DNA from: an uncultured virus (IMG/VR IMGVR_UViG_3300023054_000005)
Taxonomy: Duplodnaviria; Heunggongvirae; Uroviricota; Caudoviricetes
Virus record (IMG/VR): IMGVR_UViG_3300023054_000005
Length of the DNA stretch: 64,000 bases
Direction: 5' to 3' (one strand)
Below the pieces are notes generated by a model that saw only the letters and a program-made list of their open reading frames with translations, searched no databases and was not told where the DNA came from. Made by a program: the position numbers and the translations under genes. Every line of letters begins with the position of its first letter. Position 1 is the stretch's first letter. Positions 56,708 through 64,000 of this stretch are shown here, piece by piece.

Positions 56708-57433
56708 ATGATTAATAAAGTAAAGTTAACATCTCTAATTTCTAAGTATTATTTAAATGGGTTGAATAATCAAGCAAAATGGAGAATTAAAAATAATCAA
56801 CTTACAATATATGCAGGGGAATCAGGTAAAGTGTGTAAAGTAGTATTGAAAGATTTCCCATTAGGGGATGGTGAATTAGGGATATTTGATACCGGGAAAT
56901 TGTCAAAACTAATGTCTATTACAAGTGGGGATTTAATGTTAGGGGTGGAAAAACTTAAATCTATATTTACAAAATTATATATTAAAGATTCTCATTTCGA
57001 TTTAACATATTCTTTAGCTGATGTTTTAATTTTAGGGAAAAATATATGGTATGACGAACCCCAAGATTACAATTTTAAGTTAAAACTTAACAGTGAAGAC
57101 ATTGACCATTTAATTAAAGCAAAAAATGCTTTAGGGGAAGTTGAAAACATGCTAATCAGAACCACTACTGATTTAGATAAAAACCCAATATGTGAATTCA
57201 TATTTGGAGATAATACAGGGTTTTCAAATAAAATTACATACCAAATTGGTGGTGGAGATATAAAGGATTTAGAATTAGAAATCCCTTACAATTCTAGTAT
57301 ATTTAAAGATATACTCGCTGCTAACAAAGACCAAGAAACCTGTATCTTAACACTTTCTTCAAAATCTACCTTAAAATTAGATTTCAAATCTCCAGATATA
57401 GAAAGTGAATATTTTCTAGCTAGAAATGAATAA
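56708..57433 (+). CDS. Sliding clamp (gp45-like)
   Basis: 241 aa after the polymerase; GIFD...L..L and terminal YFLA pattern; clamp loader nearby. Confidence 0.6.
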   Translation: MINKVKLTSLISKYYLNGLNNQAKWRIKNNQLTIYAGESGKVCKVVLKDFPLGDGELGIFDTGKLSKLMSITSGDLMLGVEKLKSIFTKLYIKDSHFDLTYSLADVLILGKNIWYDEPQDYNFKLKLNSEDIDHLIKAKNALGEVENMLIRTTTDLDKNPICEFIFGDNTGFSNKITYQIGGGDIKDLELEIPYNSSIFKDILAANKDQETCILTLSSKSTLKLDFKSPDIESEYFLARNE

Positions 57434-57499
57434 CTTCACCAAAATAGCGTGTCTTAGCACATTATTTTTCGTATATTGACATCTAAATAAACAAGTCAT

Positions 57500-57823
57500 A
57501 TGTCTGAAGTTAAACAAAGAAAATCAATCCAAACTATTACTGATCCTCTATTAGAACCCTTTTTTATAACAAAGGATGAATATAGTTACACAGTAAAACA
57601 AAATGTAACATCTGATTCTTCTCATTTTAGGAGCAAAGGAAAAACAAAAACTTATGAAAAATCTTTATATTATTTCACAAATTTAGATCAAGCTTTAGTA
57701 AAAATTTCAAATTTGAAAGCGGATATAGAAGATGTAAGTTCATTAGAAGAGTATATAAACAATTATATAACAATAAGTAATAACATTAAAAAATACACAG
57801 ATGGCATTAGAAGCATTGTTTGA
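57500..57823 (+). CDS. Hypothetical protein
   Basis: 107-aa ORF behind a promoter motif. Confidence 0.6.
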   Translation: MSEVKQRKSIQTITDPLLEPFFITKDEYSYTVKQNVTSDSSHFRSKGKTKTYEKSLYYFTNLDQALVKISNLKADIEDVSSLEEYINNYITISNNIKKYTDGIRSIV

Positions 57824-58094
57824 TGCAGTTATAGTTAAACCTATAGAAGCAGAAGAAACCACGTATGGTGGAATTATTGTACCTGACTTAGGTAAAGAAA
57901 AAAATGAAACAGGAGAAGTAATCGCTGTAGGTCCAGGGAGATATACAATTTCAGGTAAACTTCTACCTACACAATTAAAAACAGGTGACATAGTAGTATT
58001 ACCTACCATGGGGTTTACTAAATTACCATACAATGGTGAGGAATATTATGTAGGTCCTGAGAATAGTGTCTTAGCAAAAATAAACTCTAATTAG
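57801..58094 (+). CDS. groES: Co-chaperonin GroES
   Basis: TYGGIIVPD and GEVIAVGPG motifs. Confidence 0.93.
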   Translation: MALEALFDAVIVKPIEAEETTYGGIIVPDLGKEKNETGEVIAVGPGRYTISGKLLPTQLKTGDIVVLPTMGFTKLPYNGEEYYVGPENSVLAKINSN

Positions 58095-58138
58095 TCAAGA
58101 AAATCAAATTTTTGTAAGAAAATCAAATCTTTGCATAT

Positions 58139-58264
58139 TTAGAATCAAATCCTATAAAAGAATGGGATTCTGCTAAAGATATAAATCTAGCATTTCCCGG
58201 AAACATATACGATGTTTTATATTCAAACGGAAAACGACATGGTTATAAATGGAAATATAAATAA
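58139..58264 (+). pseudogene. NUMOD1-like tail remnant of a homing endonuclease
   Basis: Start-less frame NPIKEWDSAKD...HGYKWKYK* resembles the tail of 28586-29230. Confidence 0.55.
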
Positions 58265-58283
58265 TAAATTTACAAAATAAAAA

Positions 58284-59906
<1,623 letters not shown>

Positions 59907-59928
59907 AATTTTAAACTAGATTATAACA

Positions 59929-60096
59929 ATGAATAAGCAGGAAATTTTTGAACAGATTACAGAATTATTTAACATTTTTGTAGAAAAACATAATAAAACT
60001 ACAAAAAAATCACAACAAGAAGCTAGAAAAAGTCTAGGTAATATAAAAAACCTAGTAACCGAATACCGAAAGGCATCCGTGGCTGAAAGCAAATAA
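59929..60096 (+). CDS. Small helical protein, Hc1/histone H1-like (55 aa), not in the ORF track
   Basis: MNKQEIFEQ...EARKSLGNIKNLVTEYRKASVAESK*; ARK..L...K....YRK.S pattern. Confidence 0.55.
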   Translation: MNKQEIFEQITELFNIFVEKHNKTTKKSQQEARKSLGNIKNLVTEYRKASVAESK

Positions 60097-60099
60097 AAT

Positions 60100-60136
60100 A
60101 TATGGGGAAGTTTTTATGGCTTCCCCATTATTTTTT
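60100..60136 (+). terminator. Terminator hairpin overlapping a promoter motif
   Basis: ATGGGGAAG...CTTCCCCAT followed by a T-rich tract. Confidence 0.7.
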
Positions 60137-60150
60137 CGTATATTATATCT

Positions 60151-60417
60151 ATGGAAATAAAAATAGACAAAATCAAAATAGAATTAATAGCTATAAGACA
60201 AGCCCCCGGTGATAGATATCGCTTAGTATCTGACGGTCCTGAAGGTAAAATCTATACATCTTTAACCAATACCTTAGAGGCTTATATTGTAAAAACTAAG
60301 TTTGTTGGGGATTTTAAATTATCCCCACTTAAAGGAGAATTATATACTATTGCAACATCAGAAAAAGAAATAGAACCTAAACCAATTAAAAAATATTCAA
60401 TTTATGGGGAGTTTTGA
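60151..60417 (+). CDS. Hypothetical protein
   Basis: 88-aa ORF. Confidence 0.6.
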   Translation: MEIKIDKIKIELIAIRQAPGDRYRLVSDGPEGKIYTSLTNTLEAYIVKTKFVGDFKLSPLKGELYTIATSEKEIEPKPIKKYSIYGEF

Positions 60418-61324
60418 TAGAGAACAAACTTTGCTTAATGAACGTTATAGACCTAATACTTTAGAAAACTTTGTAGGTAATGCTACCTTAAAATCTTCAA
60501 TTGATAGACAGTTAAAGAATAATGACATACAAAACTATCTATTTTATGCCGGGGCGGGTACAGGTAAAACAACCCTAGCTAAAATTATAGTAAACAATCT
60601 TGATTGCGAATCCCTATACATAAATGCCTCAGATGAAAGAGGTATTGAAACTATTAGGGATAAAGTATCAGGGTTTGCTTCAATGGCATCATTTAAACCT
60701 CTTAAAGTGGTTATTTTGGATGAAGCGGATTATTTAACAATAAATGCACAAGCATCTTTAAGGAATGTGATTGAAACCTTTTCACGTAGTACTAGATTTA
60801 TTTTAACTTGCAATTATATTGAACGTATTATTGATCCAATCCAATCTAGATGTCAAACTTTTAAAGTAGAACCCCCAACTAAAAAAGAAGTTGCGGTTCA
60901 TATAGCAGGAATATGTGATAAAGAGAAAATAAGCTATGACTTAATAGATATAGCTAAAATCGTAAATAAAACATATCCTGATATTAGGAAGATGATAAAT
61001 ACCATACAATCTAGTTCTATAGATGGAGTATTAATATTGGATGATGATTTAATTATTTCTTCAAGTTATATATACGATGTTTTAACGGAATTGGCAAAAC
61101 CAAAACCACAATTTAAAGTTATAAGACAAATTATTGCCGATTCTAATATTAATGATTATGAAGAATTATTTAAATCACTATATGAAAGGTCTGAAGAATA
61201 TTTACCAAATAGAGGGGGTACTGTTGCTATGTTAATAAACGACCACCAATATAAAGCAAATTTCCGTATAGATAAAGAAATAAATGCCCTGTCCTTAATC
61301 CAAAATTTAATAAACAACAAATAA
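60404..61324 (+). CDS. Clamp loader AAA+ subunit (gp44/RFC-like)
   Basis: [26 protein letters not shown] and IQSRC motifs. Confidence 0.93.
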   Translation: MGSFDREQTLLNERYRPNTLENFVGNATLKSSIDRQLKNNDIQNYLFYAGAGTGKTTLAKIIVNNLDCESLYINASDERGIETIRDKVSGFASMASFKPLKVVILDEADYLTINAQASLRNVIETFSRSTRFILTCNYIERIIDPIQSRCQTFKVEPPTKKEVAVHIAGICDKEKISYDLIDIAKIVNKTYPDIRKMINTIQSSSIDGVLILDDDLIISSSYIYDVLTELAKPKPQFKVIRQIIADSNINDYEELFKSLYERSEEYLPNRGGTVAMLINDHQYKANFRIDKEINALSLIQNLINNK

Positions 61325-61325
61325 T

Positions 61326-61574
61326 ATGCAAAACCCACAATCGGCACAAATGCCACCAATTGATTTGAAAAACACTACCGAAGTTAAAAACTCTGATGGA
61401 GGGAGTGTATTTGTACAAGGAGTAATTTTACGTAAAGTATCCAAATTTATTACCGGAACAGATGAGGATGCTCTTCTTCCTATCCCTGTGTTTTTTGATC
61501 CTGTAACAAAAAAAATCTTAAAAGACTCGGTCCCAAAAGATTTAAGAGAGGAACTTAAAGAAGAGTTGTGTTAG
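61326..61574 (+). CDS. Hypothetical protein
   Basis: 82-aa ORF (LRKVSKF.TG..D...PIPVF). Confidence 0.6.
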   Translation: MQNPQSAQMPPIDLKNTTEVKNSDGGSVFVQGVILRKVSKFITGTDEDALLPIPVFFDPVTKKILKDSVPKDLREELKEELC

Positions 61575-61575
61575 A

Positions 61576-61989
61576 ATGAAAACTGTATTTGATTGGCTAA
61601 AACAAATTAATACTACCAAATCTCCCACTGATTCATTTTCAGAATCAGATTGGGAGACTTGGAATAGTTATATGGTTCATAGATTTCTAAGTCAGAATGA
61701 AGATTTTTTAGAATTGGTGAACGAGGTACAAGTTATACCTCCCCAAAACAAAAAAGAAATATACTCAGTATATGTCGAATTTATTCCTAAAAATAATAAA
61801 TGGAGTAAATACATTAAATCTAAAGTTAAAGAAAGAAATAATGAATTATTAATACACTTAAAGGACCATTTTAAACTATCTATAAGAGAAGTAAAAGAAT
61901 ATTTATATTTTTTGGATAATGAACATATTGTTCGTATATTAACAAATAGAGGATTAGATAATAAAGAAATTAAAAAAATTATAAAATGA
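61576..61989 (+). CDS. Clamp loader small subunit (gp62-like)
   Basis: FDWL..I, YMVHRFLS and S.RE..EYL pattern; near the gp44-like gene. Confidence 0.65.
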   Translation: MKTVFDWLKQINTTKSPTDSFSESDWETWNSYMVHRFLSQNEDFLELVNEVQVIPPQNKKEIYSVYVEFIPKNNKWSKYIKSKVKERNNELLIHLKDHFKLSIREVKEYLYFLDNEHIVRILTNRGLDNKEIKKIIK

Positions 61990-62213
61990 ACCCATTATTA
62001 TACAAAATGTTATTAACTTCTGCAGAAGCAGATAGAGCAAAAGCCATGCTATCCTTTGATTTATTAGGAAATAAGGCAGCAGGAATTGGTGATCATTCAA
62101 CCGAAGATTTTTATAAAAATGCTGAAGAGACACTTAGGATGTTGATTGATGCTGATGAGAGAATAGAAAAACTAAAAATTCAATTTTTAAAATTTACACA
62201 AATAAATGGGTAG
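61986..62213 (+). CDS. Hypothetical protein
   Basis: 75 aa with GIGDHST motif. Confidence 0.6.
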   Translation: MNPLLYKMLLTSAEADRAKAMLSFDLLGNKAAGIGDHSTEDFYKNAEETLRMLIDADERIEKLKIQFLKFTQING

Positions 62214-62670
62214 CGCTGTAACAAAACATTTCGAGAATGTGGAAAATAAATTACCTCATAACCAATTCCCCATAGGGAAAAAATATTGGGAAAATCTTAC
62301 TCACCCTACAAATATGAGAGGTGAAGTACCCCAAAATGCAGTACAAATATTTGAAAACGAATACGGGGCACTATCCAATGAGTTTAAACAAATACAACAT
62401 GAACAATACGAGTTATTTGCTAGAAAACACTTAGATTATGGACTTAATAATATTGCTTTGGGCGGAGATATCGTTAATAATAGCAATGACAAGAAGTTTT
62501 CACTAACTGGGTTGTGTATTAGATTAACGGATAAAATATCACGTTTAAAAAATTTATTAGTTAATGGAAAAAGTTTTGTTGAGGGTGAAGGGATGGAAGA
62601 TACATTTATAGATATAGCAAATTATGGAATAATAGGTTTGTTAGTTGGTAGAGATAAATGGCGTAAATAA
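62206..62670 (+). CDS. DUF1599 / nucleotide-modification-associated domain protein
   Basis: K..DYG, IR..DKI.RL and EDT..DIANY motifs. Confidence 0.7.
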   Translation: MGSAVTKHFENVENKLPHNQFPIGKKYWENLTHPTNMRGEVPQNAVQIFENEYGALSNEFKQIQHEQYELFARKHLDYGLNNIALGGDIVNNSNDKKFSLTGLCIRLTDKISRLKNLLVNGKSFVEGEGMEDTFIDIANYGIIGLLVGRDKWRK

Positions 62671-62675
62671 TTTGA

Positions 62676-63647
62676 ATGAAAAAGATCCCAAAAATAGTAA
62701 AAGAAATAAGAAATAATCCACCCTCACTGGTGAATTATGCTTACCAAAAGAATGTATCCCATTCTCAGATGTCAATTTTTAGGAATTGCCCCCACAGATG
62801 GAAACTTCAGTATAAAGAAAGAATTAAACGATTCACATCTTCAATACATACTGTTTTTGGGACCTCTATACATGAAGTAATGCAAAATTATCTAAATGTA
62901 GCGTACGAAACATCATTTGCCGCCGCAGATAGGGAAATTGATATGGAAGACACTTTCCAAAAAACCTTTATAGAAGAATACCAAAAACAATATAAATCAA
63001 ATAAAAACGAACACTTCTCATCAGCAATTGAAATGAGGGAGTTTTTTGAAGATGGGGTAGGTATTCTAAATTGGTTTAAGAAAAAACGTAGTTCTTATTT
63101 CACAAAAAAAGGTACTTATTTAGTGGGTTGTGAACTCCCATTAGTAATAGCACCAAATAAGGGATATAATAACGTACTATACACCGGATACTTAGATATT
63201 GTGTTATACCATGAACCTACAAACACCTTTAAAATAATTGACATTAAAACAAGCACTAGGGGGTGGAGGGATCAAGATAAAAAAAATGAAGATAAACAAT
63301 ATCAATTACTTTTATATAAGCAATTTTTCTCTGAACAATACAATATCCCGTTAGAAAACATAGAAATAGAATTTTTTATAGTTAAACGTAAAGTATTGGA
63401 TTGGGATGATGAGAAATTAATGTCACCACACCAATCATACAGAGTTCAAATTTTTGTTCCCCCTAGTGGTAAAATTAAATTAAATAAAGCTAAAAATGCT
63501 ATAAACCATTTCATAACCACCTGTTTTAATTCAACTGGGGAAATTAAAAACATAGACTACCCTAAAAACGCCAGCAAATGGAATTGTGGTTTCTGTCCAT
63601 TTAAATTAGATAAGGAGAATTGTGGTGAAGGGATATGTTTTGAATAA
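62676..63647 (+). CDS. PD-(D/E)XK exonuclease (Cas4/RecB-like)
   Basis: S.S....F..CP, G..IH, GYLD, IIDIKT, QL.LY, terminal CGFCPF...C. Confidence 0.85.
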   Translation: MKKIPKIVKEIRNNPPSLVNYAYQKNVSHSQMSIFRNCPHRWKLQYKERIKRFTSSIHTVFGTSIHEVMQNYLNVAYETSFAAADREIDMEDTFQKTFIEEYQKQYKSNKNEHFSSAIEMREFFEDGVGILNWFKKKRSSYFTKKGTYLVGCELPLVIAPNKGYNNVLYTGYLDIVLYHEPTNTFKIIDIKTSTRGWRDQDKKNEDKQYQLLLYKQFFSEQYNIPLENIEIEFFIVKRKVLDWDDEKLMSPHQSYRVQIFVPPSGKIKLNKAKNAINHFITTCFNSTGEIKNIDYPKNASKWNCGFCPFKLDKENCGEGICFE

Positions 63648-63695
63648 TTTATATATATTTATATTAAACAATACAAACATACAAATATACAAACT

Positions 63696-63875
63696 ATGAG
63701 TAATCAAAAATTAACAAGTGTAAAAATAGATGGGAATCTATGGGAAGAATTTAAAATTGAGTGTATCAAAAGGAAATTCTCATTTCAAAAACTATCTGAA
63801 CGTGCTATTGAACTTTATATGAAAGATGAGGAATTTAGGAGAAAAATAACAAACCATAATTTGGCCTCGGAATAG
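63696..63875 (+). CDS. Small ribbon-helix-helix-like protein (59 aa), not in the ORF track
   Basis: MSNQKLTSVKIDGNLWEEFKIECIKRKFSFQKLSERAIELYM...*; TATTTATA upstream. Confidence 0.55.
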   Translation: MSNQKLTSVKIDGNLWEEFKIECIKRKFSFQKLSERAIELYMKDEEFRRKITNHNLASE

Positions 63876-63905
63876 AAATTTATTATATTAATAAAAAGTT
63901 ATTAT

Positions 63906-64000
63906 ATGAATAAAAGTTTTAAACATCTTCCACAAAAAGAAAGGAAAAAAATACTCCTCTTATGTGATGACCTTAGAGTACATTCTGGTGTTGCAACTAT
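63906..64000 (+). CDS. 5' end of a probable glycosyltransferase (partial)
   Basis: KKILLLCDDLRVHSGVAT resembles a GT-B N-terminal strand and loop. Confidence 0.5.
   Translation, partial: MNKSFKHLPQKERKKILLLCDDLRVHSGVAT

Noticed and set aside
62676..63647. CRISPR-Cas system suggested by the Cas4-like nuclease
   Set aside because: No array or other cas genes are present; stand-alone Cas4-like nucleases are common in phages.

Overview
This 64-kb window is part of a large, AT-rich, T4-like (myovirus) phage genome. Every credible gene is on the + strand and uses the standard code. The host is probably a Bacteroidetes/Flavobacteria species (inference from A-rich Shine-Dalgarno-less starts, a TGG-N19-TATATT promoter motif, a Bacteroidetes-type boxA, and DUF4494-like and Hc1-like genes). 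Gene order: tail fibre, sheath, tube and baseplate genes (0.1-19 kb); replication and recombination genes plus a class I ribonucleotide reductase whose nrdA is fractured by a split intein around a GIY-YIG endonuclease (19-30 kb); a lysis cassette (30-34 kb); a TGT/DpdA-like gene with queC and accessory genes (34-42 kb); a ~6-kb array of 26 canonical-looking tRNAs covering all 20 amino acids, five aberrant tRNA-like RNAs and many stem-closed spacer RNAs (42.7-48.9 kb); queD-queE-folE, a PRTase, a MazG-like gene, a two-piece family B DNA polymerase, clamp, clamp loader and groES/groEL (49-64 kb). The most striking element missing from the ORF track is a 51-codon leader ORF directly upstream of the tRNA array. 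It contains all 20 amino acids and overlaps an antiterminator/terminator switch, so it is a candidate attenuator that senses the whole tRNA pool. All calls come from reading motifs by eye; no searches or folding programs were run.
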